DNA of 64,000 nucleotides from Chrysomallon squamiferum (GCA_012295275.1 CM022667.1:558001-622000); one strand, 5' to 3'. Shown: positions 1 to 12,824, counted from the first letter of the stretch. Notes: a model not told the origin generated them from the sequence alone. Program-made: numbers and translations.

Positions 1-259
1 ATGTGGCTTGAAATTTGAACTCTAAGATATACTGTAAACAGTAATTAAGACAAGAATAAAAAACAGAATGCTGTGAGAAAAAATAAACTAAAAAGCCAAA
101 GCACTGCCGACTTCATGAGTATCTGCAGAGGTTGCCATTGGTTACTCTGATTTTCTCAACCATCGTTTACAAAATTTTGGTAAAAGTTCCTACTCTTTCT
201 GGAAGTCAAAGGGTTAAAAGACTGATAATTGTAATGGATAATATGAAGAATACTTTTAC

Positions 260-353
260 CTTTCAAGCTGCAGTTGGTATGATGCCTCTTTTGTGTCCTG
301 TATTAGGTAGTCCAATCCTTTCATCCAGATGTTAAACTCATCTGAACTATTTG
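260..353 (-). CDS. PLCG1: PLC-gamma coding exon 3
   Basis: Acceptor aacag, donor AG|gtaaaa; 94 nt; encodes ANSSDEFNIWMKGLDYLIQDTKEASYQLQLE(R). Confidence 0.9.
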
Positions 354-1680
354 CTGTTTATAATATTAATCAAAATACAAAATAATGTTGAGTATGAAAG
401 AAAGAAAATCACACAAATGTCATTCAGATTTCTGTTAGTAATAGAACAAACACAAAATAACATTAAAATCAAGACTGATCAAAATTAAAAAGAAAAATGA
501 TATAACAGAAATATTAATTGTGCCTGATTCGGAAGGTTTAAATATTTTATGTGAAATAAAACAATTTAAAATTAAATAATAATACACAATACATCTCTTT
601 TTGTCTGTCTACAACTCAGATATATCGTTGAGTCAATGTCATTACTTACTGTATATTTACTATCAAAAATCATAAACAACTGATACTTTTCCACAAACAA
701 AGAGATGAATGAATTTTTTACAAATAATAAATAAAATAAAGTTTTACTTACCTACAATAGACAGTGTTTTTAATTTGAAGTCGTTTCCATAAAACACTGT
801 AAAACAGAGTTTGCTTTCAAATTTCCTAGCCTCTTCTGGCCATCGCTCAAAATCCCTCGCATTTTTCCCTGGACGAACCTCTTTTACTTCCCTTAGACAG
901 ACTGGAAAACAAACACAGTATTATGTAATATACAAAATCTTTTAAATTTTTATCTTAACTTCCATCAGATATACCGAAAGAGTGAGTGAGTGAGTGTGTG
1001 AGTGTGTGAGTGTGTGTGTTATGTGTTATGTGTGTGTGTTTAATTAATTTACTGTATTACATAATAAGATAAACATCCTTCATCCTTTTGACACAACAAA
1101 AAATACATATAAATTTATTTTGTAATTACTATGTACAAGTAAATATATTTTGTGTTATGTAACTTGTAAATCAGAAACGACAGCAAAGGCATATATTAAA
1201 CTGATTTATTTACATTACTGAATATTTATTGTAATGCATGCTTTAGAATGAGTGTCACTACTTCTGCAAAAAGCAGAGATGTTCTTTTGGTCATTTTACC
1301 AATTATTTTCAACTTCTCTGACAATTATTAACAGATCATATCAAAAGAACAGTCTAAATATGAAAGTATACTTCACTTTTGCCCCTACCTCTTGTTTTAA
1401 AATATGTTATTTAAAGATCAGGCTTTGTATTTTCTGAATAATTAAACAAAAAGAAAAGAAAAGGCATGTTTAAGTACAGTATACTGTCTGAATGATCAGT
1501 TAATGTATAACTCTATTATTTATTGAAAAGCTGTCAGGACTATAGATATTTCTGTAGGAATAAATAAATCACTTTGAAATGAGATAAAATTTTAATTTTT
1601 ACCTGAAAGTGGATGAAGCATCAGCCACTAAAGTGTTCATTGTTAATTTAAAGAATTTAAAAAAAATAAAATAAAAAAAA

Positions 1681-1731
<51 letters not shown>

Positions 1732-3385
1732 TAAAATTAAAACAATTATTTTTTTCCTATTACACTATTTTATAAATACATTAACTAAAATTGATTTTGG
1801 TAATTTTCTTGATTACAATATTTTTTGTCATGTCATGTATTTTCCTGCCCATTAAAAAGTGCTTATAAAAAGAGTATTTGCTGCTAATAATAAACAGACC
1901 TCCTAGTACCAGTAGAGGTTTTAAGTTTGTGTAGCTACCCTTATATAACATAATCTTATGTTTAACACCTAATATTGCAATAACCATTCATCGATAAATG
2001 TGTTTAATTGTACTTAAAGTTTATCTTTTTTATTTTATTTTATTTTATTTTTATGTTTTAATTTTTATGTTTTAAGACAAAATAAAATAAAATAAATAAA
2101 TAAATAAAAACATTAAAGTTTCACTTTCAATTTTCATGAATACTCACAAGTCTGTTATTGCATGGTTAATGTAATACTTTATTATGAGAAAAGATTAGAG
2201 AACAGCAATAAACTGGTAATTCAAAAGTACACAAAAAGGTACACAAAGGTAAATGTTAAAATGAACTAGGCCTGTAAGAAGATTTATTTATTGATTAATT
2301 ACTTTTATTAAATTGGGTTAATCAGACGAACACCTAACTCTTAATCAGAAACAAATAAAAAAAAAGAAGTTTTTTATTAAGTATCAGGCTCATGAAAACA
2401 TTACATTATTTAAAAATATAAATAAATAAATAAAAGAATTAAAACAATATTTTTAGCAATTTGTTGATAATCTCTTCTGCTCCAATTCACACCATTAACA
2501 GTGATTACCAGCAAACCATTATTATTAAAACACTATGAATGGACTTTTTATGAACTGAATATTCTGCTCCAATTGATATTAATAAAGTAAAACTCTATTG
2601 AAGTATGACAATCCACTGCTTAGCAACTGAACTAGATATCAAACAGAAATTCCGAATAGTTATAACCTAGATAACATCTAATCTACAAATAGATAAGTTG
2701 GTTTTCTGGAGAGCAGCAACAAAGAAGTTTTAGCTGTAAAGTAAACACAATTTACAAGACTAATGGATCTCATAATGGCTGACCTGAAATCCATTGTTCT
2801 TTGTGACAGTAAATTTAATGGCTTCAGTAATCTGATAATAAAACTATAAGACAAACCATTACCAGATACCGAAAAAAAACAGAAGTAATAAAATAAAATA
2901 AAATAAAATAAAATAAAATAAAATAAAATAAAATAAAATAAATAAAAATAAAATAATTAAAATAAAATAATTAAAATAAAAAAATTTAAAAATTAAATTT
3001 AAAAAATAATAAAAATAAAATTAATTATGCCACACAATACAAGATAAATAATTATTATCAAATAAAATATTTTCCCATTACTGCCAGTGTTGTATATATG
3101 CTTTGTTGTCAGTGGAAAGAATATAAAAGATACCTTGTTGATAATTGGAGAAAAAAAAAAAGAGAGAGTATTTCAATGCATGACGGAACCACAAATTTCT
3201 GCTTATATAAATAACCAGTATGGTTTTTTTTAGGTAATATGTCCTACCTTATGTAACTAAATATAAATGTACTGAATCCATCGTTTAAATAATATTTATT
3301 TATTTTTGAAGGTTTAATTAGATACAAGACAGACTGCTTATCATAGATTAACTAATGTGATTTTGTTTTATACGTTCCTTTCCTA

Positions 3386-3430
<45 letters not shown>

Positions 3431-5254
3431 TACTAAATTTACTTTATTTTTTTATTAATCTTCAGTATAGTCAAACTGATATGAACAAGTTTTAGATAAA
3501 AAGATCAGGACAAACATAATGTTTGCAGATTTAATGAATATTATCGAATGGAAATTATAAGCTCTGAAAGGTCAAAAGAATTAGGACATCCAGGTAAACA
3601 CAATGTTTCATACAATTTAGGAATGGAAGATGTTTGCCTGTGACAACAGTTTGTGCTCAACTAGACAGATCTTAATCCTTCCATGAATATAACAGACATA
3701 TGTGTTTACATCAGATATACTCTAGCTCTGTGATTTGAGATACACCTGAGATAATGCATCCATACATGCTTTCAAGCTTAGATCAATATGATACAAATTG
3801 ATTTTAAAGTGAGTGTATGTATAATGTGTATAATGCACATACACATATAAAACACACATTAAAATCGATGGCTAATTAACATAAGCTAGCAACACAAGCA
3901 GGCAATGCTTTTTATTCATTAGTTAGTGAAATGGGATAATTTCATGTATGTATATATTTTCACACTGATAATAAAAATAACAAAAATAAAATAAAACAAA
4001 ACAAGCCTGCTGCATGGCTTTTAATATATTAAATGATAAATCCCTTTTTAAATCATAGGCTGTTATGTGACAGACGTAATTAGCATTAAATTAAACTAGG
4101 AGAGAAAACAACCAGTTTAATATAACAGCTTACTTTTCGCTCTGAAAAGCATGAAATATTTCATTTATCTTGACACAGGCATGATAAAAAAGTTAGATAC
4201 TGAATATTAAATAGAAAGGGTATAATTTAATAAACAATATATAAGACACTGATCATGTGACCAAATGTCGGAAAGGTAAAAAAAAGAGGTGTGTGTTGCA
4301 CCAGAAGAAAAGTGTATGTGAACAAACAACAATATAGCACTGGAAATAAATAATCTAGTAAAACAAAACAAAAAAAACAAAAAACAAAAAAATACCGTGG
4401 AAATATGAAAAAAAGTAAAATAATAAAAAGCACACACCATCTTTATTATTGTTGTAAGTATTGACTCATATACTTCTACAAATGAAACCTTTAGATCTTA
4501 CGTTTTAATTAACTTTAACTCTCTTTATAATGGATATTGCCAAGTATACTTGATATGTGGTTCTTATATCAGACAAACATCACAGAAGTCAGAATCCAAG
4601 TCAGTTCACATAATACAAAGCAAAAATTGAAATCAAATCACCAACAGAACCAAAATTACAAAGAAATTGAAAACTATTTGAGATGGTGCAATGAAAAATT
4701 AAAACAAAATGATATTATTATTGAACTAAATGGAGAGAAAAAAGATGAATAAAACAAAAAAAAAAAAAAAAAAAAAACAGATTCAAAGTATTTCATCTTG
4801 TTTTGGAGTTATGTAACGTAAGTCAAAATTTAACATTCTTGCAACATAAATCATCGCAGACAGATGTACAAAGTTACGTGAGAAAAGCTGTATTACATAC
4901 TGAATTACACCAATTATACCCGATGACACCTCTGTGCATAATATAAATAATACAGCTAATTTCTGCCAGTTATTTACTGCACATCAAGGAAAATTTGGTT
5001 TTCAAAACAGCTTATTGCTGACATTTAATACAGTCAAAAATAAGAACTGCAAAATTAAGCATTACATTTTAAAACTGTCTAGTAACCTTTTGAATTTGCA
5101 CACAGCAACTGAAATTATTTTATGTGAGACATAATGAGGGAAGCATTACTATCCATGAATTATTTGTATGCCTACAGGTCAGAAAGACAAATCTTGGTTG
5201 AAGGTAAAAAGGAACGAAGAGAATTTATTAACTTAGTACACAGAGGACAATAAA

Positions 5255-5285
<31 letters not shown>

Positions 5286-5505
5286 ACAGCTGTGGTTTAA
5301 TCCAAAATACCAATGAAATGTCAAGTCTGTCCAAAACATTTAATTAAACTTAATTTCTGCAATTAGGAGAATGTCTCAAAATTACTTGCATAAAATATAT
5401 ATTTATAATGCCTGAATTTGTATCTGCTTCATTTTTTGGCAAGAAATTATGAACACATACTTTATGGACCAAGAGAGAGCGTAATGCAAAAATGTGTAAA
5501 AATTT

Positions 5506-5538
<33 letters not shown>

Positions 5539-7718
5539 ATGTGTGTGTAGGAATGCATATTCGCATACTTGCATTGTTCTTAGCTTATGTATATATGTAT
5601 ATGAATTTCACATTCTAAGTTATATTCAAGAACACAAAGGGCAGAGTAACTGTTGCATGAAGAGAACATTTATATAAATGTCATTTAAACACTAAACTTG
5701 CAATAATGAATATTATGTGTTATAAAAATATACATGAATATATTAACTCAGTGGGTTTCAAGTCTGTTTCTGCACTCAAGGAAAAGGAAAAGAAAATATA
5801 AACAGCAATAATTATTAACTCTATTAAATATACAGACCTGTTTACTCATACTGTCAAGAGCACTTAAAAAAAAAAAAATCTAACATCTTTCTTATATATA
5901 ATCCAGTACTTTATTTGTTTATAATAATAACAATAATAATAATAATAAAAATAATAATAATATAAAGAAGAAAATTATTATCTTATTAAATTGTTTTTTT
6001 TTTTTCTAATATCCTTCTCATTTATAATTAGTAATTACTTTCTTTTTAATAATAACCAGAAAAAGAAGAAATTAAGAAAACAAAAGATTTATAATATTAA
6101 AATCTCATTGCATGACTGTATAAATGTGTGTGTGTGTTTGATCTTTGTGGGGGTGGGTGTGCACATGCATGTATGTTTATGTGGAGAAAAAGCTTTTCTA
6201 TGCTTTTCCCGTGGCTATTAATTAAATCAAGGGTAAAAAGTGTAGTACACTTTGTTTAGAATCAATATAAATAAAATAAACAAACTCAGTTTATACTGAA
6301 CAGAAAATTCAGGATTGGCCTTTCTTTTTTTTTTTCTTTTTTTTCCCTTCTGTTTTCTGTTTTAAAATAAATCTTTAATGAATTAATTAATACAATAATT
6401 AATTCCATGAAAACAAATTACCTCAGTATATTTTACATTCTTTAATTTAATTTAACAGTACATATCTATTACAATAGCTGACTAAGTTATATCTTTTAGA
6501 TTACTGCTGCTTAAAGGAGTATAATGATATGTATGTTATAAAAAGTCATTTAATAAAATTCTTTATATTTTTAAATTATTATTTTATTTTAACCTGTCCT
6601 ATTTCTGAATATAATATCACTTGAACTCCTGTAAGGTGCAAGCTAACATTCACAACACATAGATTTTGAATTAACTAAACTGATTAATACAATCAGGATA
6701 CTATGGACTGATTATACCATGATTATTATTATTGTTCTGACCATATCATGGCATTAAAAAAAAATTGTATAAATATATGAAAGAAATCATTTTGGGGATG
6801 CAACCTGAACAGGAATTTCAAGAAAATTCAAAAGTAGACAATAAAAATACATCATACTTCATAGGCATTTTTAATTTTTATTATTTAGTATTATTCATTA
6901 TTGTTATCAGTTTAATTTTATTAGATTTTCATGGGTTCATACAAAAAGTTAATCTGCTTAAACTATAAATATTTGTTTGTGAAATAAAAAAAAATTAAAT
7001 TTGATATTTACAAAATCTGGTTATCATATAAAAATAAATAACAACAATAATAAAAACTGACTTTGTTTTATGCGAGCGAAATGGTTGGGGGCGAACTGGG
7101 CTAGGGGCGAACTTGCTAGGGGGTTACACGTCAGGGGTTGTTATGTTATGATTTATGTATATACATCAAACTACAAATAATATTTACTACATTCACTACT
7201 AAATACCTTAGAGTGACATGTCATAAAGTTCCAGTTAAAAACGAGAAACTATACTTAAGCTTAATTAAGTTAATATCAGATTCTATAAACATTTTTAGTT
7301 TTTAACTCGATCAATCAACTAACTAAATGAATTATTTTATTAAGAAGTTAATCAAGTTATCCTTACAATGTAAACTGCACACATTTTTAGTCGAGATTTT
7401 ATTATATTTTTTTAATTGGAATCAAAATACCATTACACCCCATACATCTTTTAAATTTTTTAAATTTGATGTAAAGTGTATGAATTCACTGAATAATAAG
7501 TAAGTAGTATAAACTAAAGTACTACCTGCGCCTTCTGGTCGACTACCCTGACTTTTAATCCACATCAGCTGTCGTGTTTCTAATTTCACTCTAACTGTTC
7601 GTCTTTCTGGTTTCTTTCTGAAGAAAAACACTGTGGCCACCAGCCCCATTTCCAGTGGCCGCAGCACTTCGACAACATCGGGACTGGGAAGCCCTCCGTT
7701 CACAATGGGGGCCGCCAT
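260..7718 (-). CDS. PLCG1: Phospholipase C-gamma, 5' part (N-terminal PH domain); coding exons 7718-7526, 901-752, 353-260; gene continues beyond the left edge
   Basis: Spliced translation MAAPIVNGG...KKPERRTVRVKLETRQLMWIKSQGSRPEGA|VCLREVKEVRPGKNARDFERWPEEARKFESKLCFTVFYGNDFKLKTLSIV|ANSSDEFNIWMKGLDYLIQDTKEASYQLQLER matches the PLC-gamma N-terminal PH domain as recalled (human IDIREIKEIRPGKTSRDF...FVILYGMEFRLKTLSL...WIKGL...LQIERW). All junctions are GT-AG with consistent phases (1,1,2). Confidence 0.93.
752..901 (-). CDS. PLCG1: PLC-gamma coding exon 2
   Basis: Acceptor ttccag, donor G|gtaagt; 150 nt; encodes VCLREVKEVRPGKNARDF...FKLKTLSIV. Confidence 0.92.
3071..3305 (+). mobile_element. Degenerate 3' fragment of a probable SINE
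   Basis: Ordered blocks (gccagtg...tataaaagataccttgttgataat...aaatgtactgaatccatcgtttaaataa) followed by a (ttta)n tail resemble a gastropod tRNA-derived SINE body recalled from memory; heavily decayed. Confidence 0.35.
7071..7137 (+). repeat. Short GC-rich GGGGCGAAC repeat / G-run cluster in PLC-gamma intron 1
   Basis: gcgaaatggttgggggcgaactgggctaggggcgaacttgctaggggg: about 3 imperfect units of 14-17 bp; five G-runs of 3 or more. Confidence 0.6.
7526..7718 (-). CDS. PLCG1: PLC-gamma coding exon 1
   Basis: ATG in AAGATGGCGGC context; 64 codons plus 1 nt; donor CAG|gtagt. Confidence 0.9.
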
Positions 7719-7721
7719 CTT
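7711..7721 (-). promoter_or_regulatory. YY1-type motif AAGATGGCGGC overlapping the PLC-gamma start codon
   Basis: Exact match to the AAGATGGCGGC consensus, which is common at TSS-proximal start codons of housekeeping genes. Confidence 0.5.
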
Positions 7722-9232
7722 TATTTCTGAATCAAGTATAAAAACTATGTGCTACTTTCTGTTCTCGGCTTCCTTCATCTGGCTACTGTTAAAGCGCGAA
7801 GTACTGTTGGATATACAATGAACACATATTGGAAATCAATCACTGTCCTTTCATAGTAAAATCTTGTTTAAAGTGCAGTATGTAACCTCAAACATTCTGG
7901 AGGTGAAAGAAATAATGATACAACAACCAATAAAATTGGTCAGCTGAGGACCTTTCGATTTTGTTGTTATTTTTAACTCTTTTTTCCCCTCCCCGCTAAT
8001 TCGGAAAGTGGCTTCATAATAGGCCTAAACGTTTAGGATAGATAGTGGAGGCTATTAAATAAGCTTCTAAATTTAAACAGCAACAGTGTAACAAAATTTA
8101 TTTTACGTCATAGGAAACATAGACATTATAGAGCTTTCTCCGTTGTTTTATTATATTTTTTTTATTTTTATTTTTTTTTTTTTTTTTTTTTTTTTTAATT
8201 AATTGATATAGTTGTTTATTTATTTATTCTAATATTTATTTATTTATTTTTACTCGAACATATTAACAGTTCTCTTTTTTTTTTGTAAAGAGGCAAGGTA
8301 AGACTGCTTATAATTTTACTGTTATATAACTAGTAATGCTTGTTTCTGGATAATGTGTTTTTGTAGAATTGTATGCTGATTTAATATGTCATTTTTAAAA
8401 ATAAATAAAATATAATAAAATATTCCATTTACAGACCGTTCCGTACCTATCTTTCAGTATTTACTATTATTATTTAATTATTACGATAAAATGGTTAGAC
8501 ACATATGTTTTTCACTGAAAATGTGTTTTAATATATAATTATACGTTTTAGTATATTTGTATGTACATGGTATATCGCTGGTGTTTCCTCTTCATGTATA
8601 TTAAATACTTCACACTGTATGTGTGTGCAGTGTTAAATGAACTCATAACATCTGAAAAAAAATAGATGTTATAAGAAGTTAATATTATAAATACGATTTA
8701 TGTAAATGTGGCCCATTGTTCTAATGTGACTAATTTTGTAAAGGGAGATAAGTCTAGAGAGCTTAATTTAATAGATGTCGAATTAAACCATTAGATGTTT
8801 TAATTTCTTTGAAAATGTTACTGTTCTACTGTTGTGCTGCTACTACTAATAAATAAATAAATAAATAAAATTAAAAGAAGGTAATAGTGAAGTACTGATG
8901 TAAATTCTTCAATCATCAACAATGAAAACGTAAAATATTTCATCATTTCGCTATTCGAGTAGTAGTTTGGGCACAAACAGATAGTCTAATGAAATTCTTT
9001 ATACTAAAAGTTATTGTTTTATTGTTTTTATCTGGACCTCTCGTTATTCATAATTTAAAAAAAAAAAAAAAAATACGACAATTAACCAGTAAAGTATAAA
9101 ATACTTAAACACCCTCATTTTACCTCTCTATAACTAGAGTCGTGAATCATACTGCATCCAAAAGGAGTGACAGGTGTATTTCGTCTGATGCGTAGAAGAA
9201 ATTTCGAGCAAAAAGATCTGCCATGTACGCGA

Positions 9233-9240
9233 TGACGTCA
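9233..9240. promoter_or_regulatory. Perfect CRE palindrome TGACGTCA in a CpG-retaining island upstream of PLC-gamma
   Basis: Exact 8-bp CREB/ATF consensus inside a non-repetitive CpG-rich stretch (about 9130-9430). Confidence 0.3.
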
Positions 9241-10845
9241 CGTTTGCAGAAATAATGTATCATTTTGTTGTTATACTTCGTTTTTAAGACTGGACTGCAG
9301 AAAACAATTTGGAAGACTATAGAATATATTTATATTTAGACTTTCTTCATACTCCACTTTATTTTCTCTTCCAACGTCCACCTACGATCGATCTTGTGTC
9401 TTGTAAACAACATTTTAGTCTTGTAAACGGCAATCCTGATTTCTCATAATTACATGCATAATGAAGCCAATACAACCAGTTTTGCATGCACCAACAACCT
9501 AATTTTACTTTAATTAAATTTTTAAAATTTTCACTTCATTTCCTTCTTTTTCCCCTTCGTTCATTTATTGGTTCATTTCATTCTTTCCAGGAAATTATAA
9601 TTATATATTCATTTTTCCTTTCTGTCTCTCTTTCTTTCTGTTTTTTATTCTTTCTGTTTTATTGATTTATTTATTTATTATAGTAATTTTATTAAGATCA
9701 GCTTTTAGTCTATTAGTTAAAGCTTCATTTTATTCATTTTTCTTTTTTTTTTTTTTTTAATTCATTCACTTTTATTCCCCTTTCTTCCGGTTTAATCTTC
9801 ACTTCGTTTATTCTTTTTAATCCTTTTTTCATTTATTTTTTTATTATTTTTATATTTTTTTTATTTGTTTTGTTTCTTTCTTTAATAATAAGAACAAGAT
9901 GTAGCTAGACAAATAGGTGTGCGTGTGCGTGAATGTTATAATGAATTTAAAAAAAAAAAATTATAGTTCATCTATTTACTCAGTGCTTGGTACATTTAAA
10001 ACAAAATTTCTTAAACAAAAACAAAACATTTTAAATTATATTTTATTTTATTGTTTATTTATTCATTTTGTTATCTTTTATATAAGTGGTAAAAAACACA
10101 ATACGGTTAAATATTTAACTTGGTCTATTAAAATGGTTAAATAAATGTATGTATAAACACCGTACTGGTACATTAAACTACATTTAAATGAATATTGCAC
10201 ATATCTCATATATAAACACTGATAAACATGACCATTGCTTATCATATTCTTTATTATCAATAATTTGCGGTTAAACTTTTAAAAATGAATAATTTATACG
10301 AAAACATGTCTACAAAGGCGCGCGCGAGCGCACATACAGGCATGCTTTCAGTGACACGAACAGTTATATATAAAATTAAGTTTCTGTAAAATATTAAAAT
10401 AAATGTAAAACAATGCACGTGCATCGCAAACGCACACATAAATATAAAATTAAAGACAAGCAAAAACCCGAGTAAAATTTGATCTTCTCATTGTATATAA
10501 ATAGTTAATAAATATGTTAATTTAAAAACACGAAAACATATGTACAGATAGTTAAAATAATTTATAAACAGACTTTAAAAATATACAAATTATAGCTATA
10601 ACAGAATATTAAAATACACGTCAACTAATAAATAATAATATATATATATAACACGTACACACATACACACATATAGACATATACATAATTACATGATGTA
10701 AGAAGATAAAAAGAAGGCATAAATATGTAGCAGAAAACCGAAACAAATTAAATATATTATAAAATTCAAAAAATAACAATTTAAATATCTTATAAAATAA
10801 GAAGCTCGAAATAGCATTATTTTCACATTATTAATTATATAAATT

Positions 10846-10928
10846 ACACTATTTTAAAAATACTCCCCAGTCTCTCTCCTTAAATAAAAAGATGGTGAGA
10901 AAAAACATCGGGAAAAAAAAAAAATATA
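10846..10928 (+). repeat. About 85-bp direct repeat, copy 1 (copy 2 at 12737-12824)
   Basis: acactattttaaaaa..ctcc..taaataa.aagatggtgagaaaaaa(a)cat..poly(A)tatata is shared by both copies. Confidence 0.8.
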
Positions 10929-11837
10929 TATATATATATATATAATTATATAAATAAATAAATAATTGTATTATTAATTAAATATTGCATGCAAATAATC
11001 AATTAATGTCTATGAAATGATGTAGAACATAAGTTAACATTTTTGTAATTAGAACAAATAAACAATAATATTAAGATACTAATACATATAGTAATCTGTA
11101 TACAGTAACATAATATAAACGTAATATATTCATACAGATATTCAGTACGTTAAGAGAATAACTTAACATCTTTGTATTTAGAACATTATAAACAGTAATA
11201 TTATGATGTGTAATATGTACGCAATATATGTGTATAAATAATAGTTAACATCTAGATAATATTTTACGATAAATAATGATATGTGATATATATTAATATA
11301 AAGCACTGGTGAAATGGAATTATTTTACCAAGTAAATATAATTTAGAAAATATAAACGCAAACCGAACTGTTGAATACATTGGACTGGGTTTTGTATCCT
11401 TAAAGGGAGGTCTCATTATATTAATAAGATTTTTGTGTGATATTTCGAAATTAGAAATATAACTTAGAAAATATAAACGGAAACTGAACTGCTGAATTTT
11501 CTTTCTTATACATTTAGAACAAGGAAAATTCGTCCTTTTTTATCTTTTAATTTTTTAACCTTTTTTGTATTCTGAATTGTAAGCTGTAGAATAAAATCAG
11601 CAACGAATTAGGATTGTATTTCGTTCACGTAAGTAAATATATATATATATATATATTTCGATCTTAAATAATGAGTTTAATTCTACAAATTTAAAAGGGT
11701 AACCATAAAAGTGGAACTTGGTTTCATGAATATGAACATCAGGACCTTCCAGTGACCCTTCTGTTACAGAATTATAGGTTATGGAATAAAAAAAGGAAAC
11801 AATTAGGGTGAGAGAGTTTTTTTGTTTTCCCTGTGGG

Positions 11838-12617
11838 TTAAGAATATGGCGGCGGAGCCGAAGGTGGTTGCATGAGGTAGGTAGCTGGGTTAAAATCTGA
11901 GACCGGACTTTTCATTATGGGGTACCGGGTCAGATCGGGAATGTGCCACCCGATACAAATATGGTTGCACTGGTGGGCCTTGAAAAACTCCACTATCCCG
12001 TCCCAGTGGCAGTCGTTGGGGCCGTACCGACGGGACAGGGAGTGGATAACTGGAGTCGTCAAGTGGAAACTATCATCGACGCTGGTGCCCTTCAGCCCGC
12101 CTATCAGCATGTCTCGCGTGTCGTGCCACGAGAAGTGAGAGAACGCCTGCGTCACGTCCGCTTCGTGTTTCGGGTTCGTGCTGAAGTACTGGAATTCGTC
12201 CGAAACGAACTCCTCCAAGATGACGCACTCTTCTTTGGCGATTTTCTTCTGGTGGGGTTTGAAGCAGTTCATAATGCCGTTGAAATCAGACACACTGTCC
12301 ATCTGCGCCAGCAGAGGTTCCGTGAAGCGGATGACGTTTTGTCGGAGGTAAGCATTAAAGCGGGAAGCGACGGATTTGGCCACGTGGGAAATTTCCAGCA
12401 CGTCGTCCCAGTCTTCTTTGATCGATTTCCGGTCTAGCCTCGCTTTCACTGCACAAAAGCAGCCTCGTTTTGGACCGTTTCCATTGAGCAAGCCTTTGTA
12501 AACGGCATAGTCTTTTCCTTCGTAGAAGGGATATAATTCGAAACTAGCTCGGTATGTGATGCCTTGTAGATCTGGAGATGACTGGTATGTCGTGTTATCG
12601 CGTTCGAGACAAAACAT
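11838..12617 (-). CDS. Stand-alone alpha-kinase (eEF2K/MHCK/TRPM7-type fold) domain protein, predicted pseudokinase, about 259 aa, one coding exon (acceptor at 12654, first ATG at 12617)
   Basis: Family motifs in order: PFYEG..AVY, CAVK, ASRFN, ILEEFVSDEFQYFSTN, QAFSHFSW, LT.PVIHS, YG.ND...GI.EFFK.HQCNHIC (zinc-binding H/H/C/C). The catalytic DLQG reads GLKG and TDP reads TTP. Confidence 0.88.
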   Translation of the reverse strand: MFCLERDNTTYQSSPDLQGITYRASFELYPFYEGKDYAVYKGLLNGNGPKRGCFCAVKARLDRKSIKEDWDDVLEISHVAKSVASRFNAYLRQNVIRFTEPLLAQMDSVSDFNGIMNCFKPHQKKIAKEECVILEEFVSDEFQYFSTNPKHEADVTQAFSHFSWHDTRDMLIGGLKGTSVDDSFHLTTPVIHSLSRRYGPNDCHWDGIVEFFKAHQCNHICIGWHIPDLTRYPIMKSPVSDFNPATYLMQPPSAPPPYS

Positions 12618-12736
12618 TTTCACAAATAATCTAACTGTATCAGTGTTTAACGTCTGAAAGCAAACAAAATAACATAATTTATTATATTTATTATCATCAT
12701 CATGTTATTATTATTATCGTTATTGTTTCACTTTTA

Positions 12737-12824
12737 ACACTATTTTAAAAAGTCTCCACTCTGTTTCTCTTTAAATAAGAAGATGGTGAGAAAAAAACAT
12801 GAAAAAAAAAAAAAAAAAATATAT
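12737..12824 (+). repeat. About 85-bp direct repeat, copy 2
   Basis: Near-identical to 10846-10928. Confidence 0.8.

Noticed and set aside
143-164. Minus-strand W-L-R-K, matching the expected start of PLC-gamma exon 4
   Set aside because: No AG acceptor precedes it and a stop follows within three codons; the real exon 4 is presumably left of the window.
11943-12437. 164-aa plus-strand ORF antisense to the alpha-kinase
   Set aside because: No recognisable motifs; it is the expected stop-free shadow of a GC-rich coding exon on the opposite strand.
12561-12572. A literal DLQG (the alpha-kinase catalytic-loop consensus) near the N-terminus of the pseudokinase
   Set aside because: It lies before the kinase N-lobe, about 155 residues from the structural position. 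Most likely chance; no evidence of permutation.
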